Source of the DNA: the human T2T-CHM13v2.0 reference genome, Homo sapiens | DNA length: 64,000 nt | Reading direction: 5' to 3' (one strand) | NCBI RefSeq assembly: GCF_009914755.1 | Contig: NC_060930.1 | Part shown: in pieces, positions 15,750 through 31,585 of the stretch | Layout: every line of letters starts with the position of its first letter | How positions within the stretch are numbered: position 1 is the first letter of the stretch | The notes under the pieces: model-generated | Seen by the model: only the letters and a program-made list of their open reading frames with translations | What the model was told of the DNA's origin: nothing | Database searches by the model: none | Program-made: the position numbers and the translations under genes

Positions 15750-16551
15750 TAATCTGCTCGCTCTCTCTACAGCCCTGAACACTTTCCCTTGCTTGTTTTC
15801 TTTACTTTCTCACCTTTAGTTGTCTCTCCCTCAAAGGCTTTTCTAGACTCTACTAACTTAATGTATTTCTCCAATATCTGCCTTGCTTTTAATTTTTTCA
15901 TCCTGTAGTATCCCTTTGACCTTACTGATCCCACCGCTTGAACTGTCCTTACCTGTTCTTATGTGACGGTGACTCCAAAATTTCCATGTTGAATCCTGAA
16001 TGTCTGCCTGACTCCGGCATTCCTTTTCTGATTGTGAGCAAGGGGCATCTCCTAATTGACATGGCTCCTCAGATGCCTCAGATTATATATGTTCAGAGCA
16101 AACTTTTAATATTTCTTCCAGACCATTCACCACTTCATCCTTTCATGTTCCAGTCATTTCTATTCTCAGCTCTGGGCATTTTCATTCTCCCAGTCACGTA
16201 GCCTCAAATCTTCATCATCTCCGTTACCTTATTTTTTCACACTTTACTTCCCTCATTTTGCCCCTCTATTCTCCTATCCCATGGATTCACCTTGTATGTC
16301 ATTTACATTTGCCTTTTTTCTTCCCTCAGCTCCTTTCCCCCATTTCAGATTCTCTAACAGAGGTACAAACTGCTGTGGGATATGGACAAGGGGAAGTGAA
16401 GACGAATTCAACTTTTCCTAAAGCCTCATGTAAATCTGTCTGCTTATCTCCATCTTCACTTTGTCCATGATCCCAAAATTCAGAATTTCTCTACCATTTT
16501 TCTATATACATTTTTTTAATATTGGTCATAACATTTAAAAACTGTGTAGAA

Positions 16552-16861
<310 letters not shown>

Positions 16862-17539
16862 TCAACATAAGATTATAAGCACCTGTATGGTTGTAAACAT
16901 GTAGTGGGCAAGGAATCTATTCTCACTTTGGTCCAGAACAATGCCTTACATGTAATAGGCCCTGAAAAAGTACATGTGGAATTGACTCCTTCAAAAGTGC
17001 CTTTTGTTGCCACTTTTTGTTTTCAAAAATAGATACATGTAATTATACCTTTACATATAGTATAGAGCTTGCAGTTGATTTATAGCAGTATTTGACATAA
17101 AACACAACTTCTTTCTTAAGGTGACTTCGTGCCTCTAAAAAGCATACTAGGAAAAACATACTGTGTATTATACTGAAGACAAACAAGGCCTAGTGGCCCC
17201 TAGTCCAGTTCTGAGACTGGCTGATCTTTGGTATATTTCATTTTAAATTTCCTCTTGTAGGAATGTCATTCCATTTTTAATCTGCCCGTGTCATGAGTTT
17301 CTAACCGCAGGTGCACAAGGAAGTTGGCACTTCAAGCTGGCAGGGATTCATTTCTTCCTTAGCTGATTCCCCAGCAGATCCCTTCTCCAGTTTCACTGCA
17401 TGCTTTCTGTCTTGTGAATTCCTGTAAGTGTATCTCTTCTCTCATCTTTCCCACTTCTTTTAGAAAAAGAGCAAATACAATTGATCTTTACCTTTTTTTT
17501 TTCAAGCTTTAAAATTGTGGTTCAAACTCATTGTTATGT

Positions 17540-18475
17540 TTAGTGTGATCTTGTAGAAAATGCACTGTACTTTAGGCTCATAGACTGTAGTTCTGCCAGA
17601 GCCTAAAGTATAACTACAGTCAAGCCAGGTGATCTATCTGTGCCACATTTGCTTAATCTTGAAAGTGAGGGTGAGCCTTAGGGCTGTTCTGTGGATCAAA
17701 TAAAATGATGAAAACTGCTTTGAAAAGCTTGGAGCAGAATTTTTCAACATTGAGAAATGTTCAGACAACCTTTAAAGGAAAAAATTATCATGGACCCCTG
17801 GTGTTGACTTAGCATTGTAACGTTAAAAAAAAATCCAGTTGTACTTTTCACATACTTTATACTTACTTATTTCTCTTATACAGATAAACAGCTATTAAAC
17901 TATTAAATAAATATATGAAAAAGGTCCCAGAACAATTATACCACCAATAGCTTATTTACAAATTGACAAGATCAGTTTAATGAACAATATTGTTGTTTTT
18001 GCTGCTGTTTGCTGAAACTAAATTAGTGTAACTGAGCATTGTACTGATTACTGCCACTGGTCTTGTAATGATTCAGTTCTCTCAAGCTATATCTCTGTTT
18101 AAGCTAGAGAAACCTTGGCTTATGGAATGCAGTCCCATTATTTAATATTTACTTTCTGAATTTACATCTCTGTTTATTTTTTTTTAGTGCTTGGCAAATA
18201 GTATTAATAGTATAAAACCTTGCCACATCGTACCATTATTTTGAATTTAAATTGGTGTTTTAGTTTGTTTGCGATTCTAGAAACTAAAAATGTATTCTGT
18301 TGAATGGTATTATAACATGAATTATTACTTAAAAATTTGTCTTAAAGCTGATTAAAACAAGACTCTTTTACTATAGTGATAGTTGCTGTATATTAGGTTA
18401 CACTTTGAGAAACACACATAATGTTATATGATATGTTATATATAATACACAATGTGTAAATGTAAGGGGGCATTA
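17540..18475. mobile_element. MIR split by a roughly 680-bp hAT-Charlie-like element (17735-18417)
   Basis: MIR core ends at ctgctttgaaaagc and resumes at tgtaaatgtaagg...attat. The insert is bounded by cagaatttttcaa...cactttgagaaacac (decayed TIRs). Confidence 0.5.
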
Positions 18476-21128
18476 TAGATATCAGACAATAGTTGTAAAT
18501 TGTTCAGCCATTTTTATATGATATAATATTCTATAAAGAAAAAATTATTATTTTTTGAAAACAACTACTGATTCATCCTTAAATATTTATTATTTTATAA
18601 TTTACTAGGGTAATTTTGATCCTCACATTAATCAGGTATTCTAGGAAAATATGGTACATTTCAGATTTGTATGCATATTAGAGAAATAGAGACCCTAGAA
18701 TATATTTTATCTGAATATATTGGCTGAAATACATGAGTATCTACATGCCTACATTTTAAGGAAGTTTTCCATATTCCTATTTCAACTAAGTTCATAGTCT
18801 AGCAGTGTGCCGTATTACTGGAAGGGGTAGTCCTAAGTGGATAACTGTAGTAAAAAGATTTCTTTAAAAATAAAATAAGCTTTACTCCCTAGAATTCAAG
18901 CATAGCATGCATACCACAGGGATTTTTTATTCTTTCTTTTATATGTAATGCCATGGATATTTCAAAAGTATGGAAGTATGATGTATGAGAAATGTCTTTC
19001 AATTACATATAGTGAAAACATTCTAAAATGACCTTGGAATATAGAGTCTGAAATATCCAATCACCAGCTCAAAGATTATGTTTTACTTATTGATTTGGCA
19101 TTTTGCAAAATATTAATTTTTAGATTGTTCTTTGATTTTTCTATTGATTAATACCACCTACTGCTGATTTATGAGGCTTTTCTTACAAGGGAAATAAAAG
19201 AAGTCAAGTTTTTTGAAGATTGGAGTTAGTTATATTAGGGAATGCTGAATTTAGTATTTATGTGAAATTCTATGTAAGTTTTCTTGTATTTTTAATGTGT
19301 TTTCTCTTGTTACCAGTTTTTGTGTGTTTGTTCTCCCTTGCCCAGCCCCCATTCTTAGAGGCTATGCTTTTGAGGTCAGTAGTAAATGGAGTTGTCTTCT
19401 CTAAATTTGTTGGACTTAATTCGAGAACGGTAGAATGAAGGAACTAGTGAAGTCTGGGGCACAGAGAATCCCGTATTAATGTTACCACCAGTCTTATAAC
19501 ATGGCAGATAAAGACGTAATGATATGTTTTGTCAACTAGTAATTAAAATGTGACAATTGAAATAATTAAGTAAACTTATTCCTGATAATTCCTAGCAGTA
19601 TGGCGTTTTAGTGATAAAATATAAAGTTAAATTTGAATCACAGTTGTTAAAATTAGGGATTATTGCTTACTAATCCAGAGTTCACACACTTGTCTTGGTC
19701 TTTCCCTTTAAGTTTGCAATTTTGAACAAAGTATAGGATTTCTCCCTTGTGTGATAGGAACACATTGTAATGAAATCCTTCATGCATCACTGCATTGATT
19801 TTGTATTATTTGTGCTGAGAGAGGGAAACAAAATGATTATTTTCTAATGCTGAGTGGAATGATTCAAAGCAAAGATAAGTGAAAAAATGCATAGCAGCTG
19901 GAGAACAAATGTTACTCCCATCAATTATTCCCTGACAGATGAGGGAGTATTCTCAGGCAGACCTCTAGAATCACTGTTTCCATCTAGGCAGGGTGTACTA
20001 AAATAATTTCTCCACGTGTATTTTAGGTGCTGTTGTATTCTCCATATGAAATAAGATCTTTAGTTACAGATCTTTTTATGAGCCCCAAACTCCTAATGGA
20101 TGGTATGCATTGAATTATTTTGGTATTGTTAGAGAGTAAAATACTGGAGAGACTAATAATCTCCAGAATGGCTTACTTTGATGAGCCTAGCCAGGACATC
20201 TTTGTCTTGTTGTTAGCTTCTAAATGAAGTGCCTTTCTGTATGGTCTGTTGCTACTGAGTGTGAGGAATCTTGTGTGGCTGCTGAGGAATTTAGCTGCCA
20301 CTTTCCAGGCACCGGAACAATGTGCCCATTCGTGGATTAAGGAAACCATGACCTCAAGCCTCCTAATCCTCCTCGTCACAAGCTTCATGGTCTTTAACTG
20401 GCCCAAGTTACTTTTAATTACTGCCCTACTTCTGCTTCCATTTCTGTATCCAAATGCTGTCGTGCCCCCTGCACGCCCCTATCCCCATCTTCCCTTGAGA
20501 CTTAGAGAATTGCTTGCTTCTCTATGCTTTGTTTTGGTTTCATTTCCTTATTTACTTCCAACCTGAATACCTTCCTTGACTTTCATCCCCAAAGAATTTT
20601 TTTAACCTTATTATCTACGACCACAGCCACCCCGTTTTCCTCTTCTTGCTTTTAATTGTCAGTGTCACGCTGGCCCCGTATGTTCCTGTTTGAAGTCTTG
20701 CTAGGTCTCCCTCCTCCTTTCTGCTTTCTGATAGTGTCCGTGTGATTTTCGTGCTGGCTTATCAAACTTCATATCCCTTATATGGAAACTTTTCCCCATT
20801 ACATTATTTTTGTAACTAAGTACTTACTGTGTATTGTGGAATCTATTTGGTTCTATTATAGCTAGATGAAGGAGAGACTCTTGCAGACTTTATTAGGCAG
20901 AGGAGGCTACTTGGTATATTGTAATAGTTCTGGGTCTACAGCATAAGGCAATTATATCATGTAAATCAGAGCAACCAGGATGCTATGGAGTCAGAAAATC
21001 TTGTTATTATCCTAATAATGAAAGTATAAAAAATTGGCTGCATATTAAAAGGACTGATTTAGTAATAATAGTGGTAGCCAAAGATTAAATGGCCTACCTT
21101 AGTAAGTAGTGAGGCCCTTGTCATTTTA

Positions 21129-21162
21129 AACACACACGCACACAAACACACACACACACACA
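21129..21162. repeat. Imperfect (CA)n microsatellite
   Basis: acacacacgcacacaaacacacacacacacaca. Confidence 0.9.
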
Positions 21163-21324
21163 TACCTATTCACCTTCAGAGTTGTAAGGGAGGCTAAAAA
21201 TCAGATATATGGGTGAGTAGAAGAGATTTAACATTTGATTTTCAACATAGGATCACAGGATTTAGTGATTAGCAGAATCGAGAGGCTGTATGGTTGTACA
21301 ATCACTGATAAGATAATGAAGTAA

Positions 21325-21480
21325 GCATATCATAGTGGAAAATAACACTGGCTCTGGAGTCAGACTGATAGGGATTAAAATCCCAGCACTGCTGGTTTTT
21401 GGTATGTGACCTTGGAAAAGTTAGTTAACTTCCTTAAGCCTCAGTGTCTTCATGTTACAATGGTGATACAGTAACTACTA
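21325..21480 (+). mobile_element. MIR
   Basis: ctggctctggagtcagac...tgtgaccttggaaaagttagttaacttccttaagcctcagtgtcttcat. Confidence 0.8.
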
Positions 21481-21548
21481 CATAATAAATACTCAGAAAT
21501 TATTAGATAGCAACATCATTATCATCATCGTCATCCAAAGATGATTGT

Positions 21549-21765
21549 AGGAATAAACTTTAGAGATTCACTGCACAGTATGGTGACTGTAGTTAATTTA
21601 TATTTTAAAATTGCTGAAAGAGTAGATTTTAAATATTCATAAACATATAAGGTGATGGATTTGTTAATTAGCTTGATTTAATCATTCCACAATATATACC
21701 TATATTAAAATATCACATTATACCTTATAAATATGTATATATAATTATTTGTCAATTTTAAAAAT
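21549..21765 (+). mobile_element. L1MA (MA8/9-like) 3' end
   Basis: cagtatggtgactgtagttaa...gagagtagattttaa...gttaattagcttgatttaatcattccac. Confidence 0.8.
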
Positions 21766-22897
21766 ACAGGTAGTTATAGCAAAGGAAAAACCCAATGTGA
21801 TTTTTTTATTGTCTTTATCTATTATCAGAGCTCATACCATAAGAAGCTCATAGCTTCTTATATGCTATGTCTTGTAGTCCTCATAATCTTGTTAGGTACG
21901 TGGTTTTGAAGGAGAAATTGAGGTTCAGATACGTTAGGGAAGGCCTATTATGGGAACTCAGAACTAATTGATCAACATCTGTGTTTAAGCTTGTTGTCCA
22001 GTAGCCAAATGATGTCAAGTGCTGCAAAAATCTGCACCTAAAACACTTTTTGGATTAGACTTTTTAATTCTAATCTTTCTTTAAATGAGGGGTTACAGTT
22101 TTTTTTCTTTAAAATTCATCCATCAAATAAGGTTGCCTTTCTTAGAGGCAGCTTTGAAATAAAATCTAAAAGGAAATATTAGACAAATGTTAAATTATAT
22201 TAAAGAAAACAGGGCTTGCCAGTTATATTTCCCCTTTTGTTGTAGGGCACACATCTAATCCTTACCCTGTTACTGAGTTACAGTTTGATTGTGACCACAA
22301 AAGTAATCACAGTCAACAGGAATGGCTGGCACAAGAACAGCTGGCATCAGGTGCAACTTTCTCTCTCCTCCATCCTAGTTAAGTGCCATTACTTATGCCC
22401 TTACCCTTGGATTGTACCAGCACTGTCTAGCCAAGATAGTTTTCCTGTGGCTGATGAATCACATGGTAAGAGGGATGAGGGTGGAAGTTGAGGGAAGATA
22501 AGCAGAACAGTGAAGATCCTAGCCCTGGGGAGAATAACTGTCTGGCAAATTAAAGATAACGAGAATGACTTTCTTCCCTGCCTAGGAAATTGCCTCCAAA
22601 GGTAGGTACAGAAGTGTTCTAAGTTGGGATAGTATCACTGGGAGAAGAACAAGGCTTCTAGTGAAGTGCTGTGAAGGCCTAAGTCTTTTTAAATGATCCT
22701 CTGTTTCACTTGTTGTTGAAAGGGAAAGTTAAAATTATAAATGCCTAAATATATGCACAAAGGACAAGAACCACAGCTCGTGTGTAATTCTGGTGTGTTT
22801 CTTAGAAAGTCTCACTACTTTATATTAATAATTACACAAACTATACAGGTTTTTTCAGTAGTTGACAAAAGGAAATAAAGGCACTTTCTAAAGGCCT

Positions 22898-23239
22898 TGT
22901 CTTAGTCCATTTTTTGCTGCTATAACAGAATACCACAGACTGGGTAATTTATAAAGAAAAGAGATTGATTTGGCTTATGGTTCTGGAGGCTGGGAAGTCC
23001 AAGTGTATGGTGCTGGCATCTGGTGAAGACTTTTGTGCTGTGTTATTCCATGATAGAAGGGCAAGCCAGGGTGCCAGGCAGAAAGGGAAAGGGGGCAGAA
23101 CTCCCAGGATAACAGCATTAATCTGTTCATGAGGGCATAACCCTCGTGACCTAAACACCTCTTAAAGTCCCACCTCATAATGTTGCAATGGCAATTAAAT
23201 TTCAACATGAGCTTCAGAGGGGATGTTCAAACCATAACA
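22898..23239 (-). mobile_element. MaLR solo LTR (MST-like)
   Basis: tgtcttagtcc...caaaccataaca; perfect 5-bp TSD ggcct (22893-22897 / 23240-23244). Confidence 0.9.
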
Positions 23240-24661
23240 GGCCTGTATGTTAGGTTTATAACTACTATGGAAAGGACTGATGTAAACTCAGCCTCAAACT
23301 TGGCGTCTCAGGTCAGTCAGAAAAGTGCCTAAAGCTTCTTCACTCTGAAATATCAGCATATTGAGACATCAAAGGATAAAAAATTCTGTGCAAAATGTTG
23401 ACTCTGCAACTTAAAGACAAATATGGCTTGCATAACATAAGGGTACAAGGTGAAACTCTTTAATCATGATGAGAAAGCAGAAAGACATTGTATTTTGCAG
23501 GCAAGAGAATAAACTTGATCTCTGCAGGAAAGTCATGATAAAAACAGGTATGTTTGGATTGGGTTTTCAGTCATCAACTGGTCATCACTGAAGCTTCCTA
23601 TAACAGCTCTTTAAAGTTTCCTTTGAAAATCTTTTGAAAGAACTTTTTTCTTAAATCCATACCTTTGAAATCTTGAAGGAGCACTTAATTTTTAAGAATC
23701 TTTAAGATATAATGCTAGAAATTCATGTACCATATTACATTCGAAATATGATTTCATGTGGTTATTTATTCTGTTATTAGATAAAACTGTATGCAATAGA
23801 AAGCTTTCAAATATAGACTTGTTTAATTAAATATGGTTTTGTATAGAACATAAGGTATTAGAGCATAGTTAGGAATTATGGGAAATTATTATTATTTATA
23901 CTGGAAATTCAGGCTTGATTTATGTCACACTCTAAGAATAGTATTTAAAATTCAGATAAAAATCATTTATACTGTGCCAGCCTTGAGGAATAGGTCAGAA
24001 AAGGTGTTTGTTATAAGAACTTGGTAATGGGCTGTTAATTAATTAAATAGTTTTTGAGGCACGCTGCCAGGCCCAGGAAAGTGCTTTCAAAGTCTGTACT
24101 GTTTCCATAGCTCCTGCAAATGATAAGAGGCTTGAGGATACTTCCCAGGAACTCCTGCCTTTTTGGAGGTGACTCTGTCAGTTAAAGTGTGAATGAAGAG
24201 TGGAGCATAAAAGTAGAGTATCCCTTTATGTTGGAGATGTTTATGTTGCAATAAATGAAGAAAAATAAGTTATGAACTTTTGACTCGAGTTTCCAAAATT
24301 CACATTATAACTGTGATGCAGGAGCTGAGAAATTTCCATTAAAAGAGTTGTTCAATGCAGGTGATTAATAATACTCAACTCCTAACCACAGGGCTATAGA
24401 AAAGTTAAAATTGTTTAATCTCACTTTCCTAGCATAGTTACTATTATAATATTATTTTACTTGTACTCATTTTTTCTATTATGTTATATAGTTACAATTA
24501 TTCCACAGAAATTTACAGCATGCTTTTTTAAACTTAGATTTATTTAACATACATTTTCAAATTTGCTTCATAAACTTCATAATTAATTTCAATGAAAGCA
24601 TACTATTCTGAGCAAATATATAACAACCTAATAGTCTCCTATCAGTGGACATTAAAAATTA

Positions 24662-24998
<337 letters not shown>

Positions 24999-25202
24999 GA
25001 ATGCATGATAGACATCTTTGTGTATATAGCTTTGTCTGTTTTTTATTTGTTCTGTTACAGTAATTATTAAGTATGTAAATAAAGTTCTAGACAATTAATT
25101 CTGAGATTTGTTATCCAGTTCACAAATTTTGTCTTCAGCTGTATCTAGTCTATAAATCAACTTGTCAATTGAATTATTTCAATGAATGTGCTTCTTATCT
25201 AG

Positions 25203-25581
<379 letters not shown>

Positions 25582-25802
25582 GACTTTGAGCATTTTAAAC
25601 ATAGTTATTTTAAAGCATCTTCCCATTTGTTCTGTTTTCTTCAGTGCTTGGGGTGCAGACATCTTTTGTTTGTGGTGACTAATGCTTCTAACATGTTTTC
25701 TTGTTCTTAACTGTGGTTTGCACTGTCTTATAGTCATCCTTACTGGGGGGAAACTAATTATTTTCCACAGACATCCCTTATACTTCAGGTTAGAGAACCA
25801 GA

Positions 25803-26425
<623 letters not shown>

Positions 26426-27208
26426 TACTTAGAAAGAAGTTAAGCATTAACCAATCCTGGACCTGCCATCCTACCTCTTTTCTGCTCAGGGTCCATGAAT
26501 CGCATGCATACTGCGAGTTTGAATATCCCAGTCATCAGCACAGTCCAGGCCTTGGTTTCCAACTTCTTGGAGTGATTCTTTCTCCACCCAGTCAAGCTGA
26601 TGAAAAGTCTTGTGCCCTTGACAAAGTGCTGATTAGTCCTGCAAATGTAGCAGCCTTCCGTGGCTTTGTGCATTCAGGTCAGGTCAAGATTTCCTTGTGA
26701 CTGTATCATTTCTCATCCTTTGATTGCCCTCAGCCCCAGCTTGTATCTATCTGGTCCTTTCCCAGGGGCTACCTTTTTTTTTTTTTTTTTTAACCCTGTA
26801 GGTTTCCTTCTCTTTGTTTCAAGCTTAATTAGGTAGTAAAAATGTTGTGTTTAATACTTTTATGTGTGTGTAGCTGGTGGAGAGATTTTCCTTATCAGCT
26901 CAATTCCCCATATTGAACTGAAATCACCAAATTACTTTCCTATGCCACCAGCAACGTGTGAGTATTAGTTTCTCCATACTGACAGTAGCATTGTTATCAT
27001 AAAATGTGTTTCCCCTGGTTTAATGGTTGAAAATGATATATTATTACATGTAATTTTATACCTCATTACATATAATTTTATATCACTGGTTCATAGAGAA
27101 CAAGGAAGTAGATAGAATGTGCTTTCCTGAACAGACGTGTTAGAAATGTATGTATAAAGGGATTTGTTCTTTGACCTTTTGCCATTTTTTCTCTTCTCAT
27201 ATTCATAG

Positions 27209-27317
27209 GTCCATTGCCAGCACTTGAGTAAAGATAAAGAGTAGGAGAATCAAAGCTGTTGTATAATTAGTTCTCTTCTCATCCACACCCATAAACCAGT
27301 TCAAGAAAGGGATGAAG
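27209..27317 (+). CDS. RNF217: Candidate alternative RNF217 exon (109 nt, mostly 5'UTR) ending in ATG AAG, in frame with the 63245 exon (MK-VQLGQ...)
   Basis: Acceptor ttttttctcttctcatattcatag|GTCC (AG 27207-27208). Donor AAG|gtaaag (GT 27318-27319). The only ATG is at 27312 (G at -3). This fits my recollection of a short RNF217 isoform beginning MKVQLGQ. Confidence 0.7.
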
Positions 27318-29319
27318 GTAAAGTACATAGATGAAGAAGCCACATTTATTTGTGCTGCAGGAGCCCTTGTAATCTCTTCAAAACACCTCCTGTGAAGCCC
27401 TCTCACAGACATAGAGCCTGGAAGAGTAGATTTTTTCACTTTCCTTGAGTATAAGTGATTTTCTTTCAGATGGTGCCATCTCTTTCTAGAAAGAATGTAA
27501 GAAGGCAGAAAAAAAAAAGAAAAACAGAGACTATTTACCATGAAGAGCTATATCAATGTACTCATTTATTATGATGATAGGATGTTGGTGCCTGGCAGCT
27601 GACTATTCTATTGCATTAGAATTATAGGCTCTTTTTTCCTTCCTTTCCCTCCCTTTCTCCCTCCTGCCCTTCCTTCCTTTTCTTTCTATTTTTTTTAACC
27701 TCTGTTGTATGATCCCTCTAAAAACGTAGACAGATATCAAAGCTTTGCTCTCCTAACTAGTATCAGAGATAAACTGCTGACAAGCTGCATTCCATCTCCG
27801 TGCACATTCGTTGGGAGAACTTTCAGCAAAAACTATTTATATCATCTCAATTTTATTTCCAGTTAACCTGACCCATGTTATATTACACAATCTTTAAAAA
27901 TGTTCAGATTCCCATATTGCTTCAGCTATTTTAGACTAGTTTCAGAAAATAGTTTTTTGGTTCATGCTTGTCGTTTTCTGTTCCCTTTTGCTAATGTGAA
28001 TTGAAGACAGCTTAGCATTCTTTTTTTTTTTTTTTTACTAAATCTGAGGGTCAGACAGGTCTTCAGACAGCAGATTTGGCTTCCACAGAGAAAAGGGGAA
28101 GAGAAGACTGCAGTTGGCCAGCATCTTCAGGGTGTACTGCCTGTTCTCTGCATTTGATCCATTTCATGTAACTGAAATGAACGTTTTCTTACATTATGCT
28201 CGTTCAGTATTTTGCTCTAAAGGAATGAAGATAGTGTTGTTAAGGTGCAGATACTGGGCTGCTCAGTGTGACTGGTAATTATTTCCTCTTAAGAATTGCC
28301 AGAGTATAATAATTTACCATGTTTTTGTCTATTTTATTCTCATTTATTAGTGATCAAATATGTTCAATTTTAGTTTCAATTGATTCTTCTCATTATAATG
28401 TGCTTTTTAGGTATAATGCATGAAGTGACTTGATGTAAGAAGTTATAATAAGATATCTGCCTTACTGTAATTCTCTTCTAAACAAGCAATTCATGAAATA
28501 GCTCAAAGGAGCATTGTGTTTGGCAGATTTGGATGTCTATACCAATTTCCACTTCTTCTGATGCAAACAGTTTCACATTAAATCTCCAGGAAGTTTTGTT
28601 TAAATGTGCTTCAGTTTAAACAAGCTTAAGTTTATTTTATGCAATAAAAATAGTTCGTTGTGTTAAAAAAATAGATCTTTACAATTTACTAATAAACTAC
28701 CTATTCTACTTAATGCTTTAGGCAAAATTTACAGAAAGGGTACTTTTTTGCTTCTTTGTGCCTACTACCCTATTACCCACAGGTTAAACCAAGGACTCTG
28801 GGGTTCATGTGCATTTAGTAGTCTCCCTGATGCTGCTGTGCCTGGGTGTAGCAGAGAGAGCTGAGGAATGATCTAAGGTCTGCCAGCTCCAAAGTCCAGC
28901 CCTCCCAGGTCTACCACGGTACCTAAAATTCTGCAGTTAAATACTCAAAATTTCAGTTAAGATGTACCTTCAAAAAGACGGGGTTGAATTCAGTTATAAC
29001 CTGAGAAGGTTGACACACTAAGCCACTAGCATGCCAGACACATTAGCACTGACTCTTTAGATTTCTTACATCACTTTGGAAAGCAATCGTTTTGAAGGTA
29101 GTATGGTGGTGGTATAGGGTACCAAGAATGTTAAGAAAAGAAATGGAGCCGTTAAAAGGGAAGGAAGAAGAACTCCAAAGATAAGTTTTTCTTCTTTTAA
29201 AGTTTTGTCTAAGGCTGACTCCATAATAATTTTAACCTTTAGGGACAGTAGAAAGCTAAAGACTGAAAGCAAATAAATATTACATGTAATTGGCTCTCAC
29301 CTCCAATGATATAGGTAAT

Positions 29320-29520
29320 AATAATGGCCATCATTTATTATGTATTTGCTATGTGCCAGGTGCCATCTTCTTTTATTACAGCCTGACAAATTTGGCATTA
29401 TCATATTCACCTGGAAAATCAGAAACTGAAGGCTCAGCGAGGATAGACAATCACTTATTGGGCCAGATACGTGTTCAATTGGGTTTTAGACCCAGCATGC
29501 TCCAATTCCAGAGCCCCCTA
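29320..29520 (-). mobile_element. MIR
   Basis: atttattatgtatttgctatgtgccagg...gaaactgaaggctcag...tttagacccag. Confidence 0.65.
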
Positions 29521-31149
29521 CTTTGTTCATCTCACCTCATGATTTTCAGTTTCTTGATCTATTATTTTTGCCTTGTTAACAATTTTTAAATATAATTACT
29601 TGGAAAAAAATCACTCGGTTAATGTCTGAAAGCATCTACTGACATTAGTGTAGATACATTTTTAATTGGATTAGATCCCATAGTTTTATATGAGAGAGCA
29701 AGGAGTGTCAGGTTCTAAAAAAGTCACCTTTAATTTTTTTAAAAATGATTTACTAGGAACCCAGTATTATTTCTTTCATGGAATTTTCCCATCTAGTTCT
29801 TTACTTTTCATTGCATTTCACTTTTCTTTTCTTTGCTCATTTTCCTCTGTATCTACTTTGATCAGCTGTGATGTTCAAAGAAACTCTTCTCGGTGAGATA
29901 ATAACTGCCAGCCCTAGTTTTTGGTGCTGAGTTCTTGACTCTTTCCTCTGTCTTCATATGCATTTTAGTGTGATTTGGAGTCCCCACCAGGAGGGGCTGG
30001 CCAGATGCATCTTTAAAATCAAAAGCCACTTTCTACTTTTAAAAGGATACTCATTGAACAAATATATACTGAATCTAATTAAAAGCCTTAGATTAAATGA
30101 AAGAGATAGTCAGAGGTAGTTTGATATGTAGTCTCGCAAAAGAAAAAGATACTTAAAAAGAAACAATAAGAAACTACCAAGGAATAAAAAACTATGAAGG
30201 AATAGGAAGGAATTGAAGCACTTTAAATGTTTCCAAATATTTAAAATATAGCATATACAATACTAAAAATGAAAGCATTGCTAAGAGCTATCCTGGTAAG
30301 CACAACAGAATGACTATGTTTCAGTTTGAACAGCTTATATGACAGAATTTGGATAGTTTTTGCAAATTAACATTTACTGATGAATTTGAGATATGTACAA
30401 TGGATACTTTAAAGGTACTCCGTCATGTCTACAGTGTGTTTTTATGTATACCCATTTTATATATGCCCACTGAATATACCCATTTTTGGGTAATGGTTCA
30501 CAATTGTTTATACTACTTTGGATCTTCTGTTTAAAATATATTTGCATGATTATAATTTAACGTGAACCTCATTGATAATGGTGGATTTATAACCAGAATA
30601 TTTGACATATTCTTAGAAAGCATTAGTTTTGTGTTTTGCAGAAATTTATTCTATGCAGAATTTTCATGAATTTGTTCCTATGTTTTCCTTTGGTGCTCCT
30701 TAGCATAATATGGTAGCAGACAGCCTTGGGAGTTAAAGTTATATTTTACTTTTGTAATGTGCAAGTGTCACTAATATTTGAATAAAGTAGATGTGATGCT
30801 TTAATTTGATTTGATTTTTGGCTTTGCTAGCAAATCTGTGTTCATCTTTGAATTTCTTATTTATATGCTTATGTTTTGATCACTATATTCCACTTCCTTT
30901 TCAAATCCTTATTTCATAACTCCTTAAATTGAAGGTATATTTTCAGAACTTCTAGTAAAATATCTTTGAACAACCCAGTCTTTTTCATGGGTAGTTTTTC
31001 AGATATAGAATATTAAATGTTTATTTCCAGAAAGTTAGCATTTCTATCTTGATTCTTCTTCAATGCCCATAAGAAGAAAAGAATTGAAACATACTTGAAA
31101 TAATTGACATTTAGTTCTGATTTTTTTTCATTGTTTCAGTATGAAACAA

Positions 31150-31381
31150 TATATTCACCTATTCATGTATTATAAACTGTTCATGGTTCTGGGGATATAG
31201 CAGTTAACCAAAATGAGTCCCTGTTTTTTGGAGATTATAATTTAGTGAGAAGAAACAGGTAATAAACAAATATACATAACAGGACAGGGGTGATAATGGT
31301 TAATATTACCAGAAAAACAAAGCTAACATAAGAGGAAGGGTAGGAATAGGCCAAAAAGAAAGGTAGGTGCTTGCATGTTTT

Positions 31382-31428
<47 letters not shown>

Positions 31429-31585
31429 TTTTGAGAGCATGGTCGTGGAACGGTTCATTGATGAGGGGATGTTCATAAGAGACCTGAATGATGCAAGAAA
31501 ATGAGTCATGAAACATCTAGAGGGGGAGCTTTCCAGGGAGAAGGTCAAGCAGGTACCACAGCCCTGAGGCCAGAATATGTCTGGG
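31150..31585 (-). mobile_element. L2 fragment containing (TG)n
   Basis: ctggggatatagcagttaac...agagacctgaatgatg...gccctgaggc. Confidence 0.65.
31381..31424. repeat. (TG)n microsatellite
   Basis: About 21 TG units with one TA interruption. Confidence 0.95.

Noticed and set aside
27203-27541. 112-aa minus-strand ORF over the candidate exon
   Set aside because: No recognisable homology; the plus-strand splice signals explain the region better.
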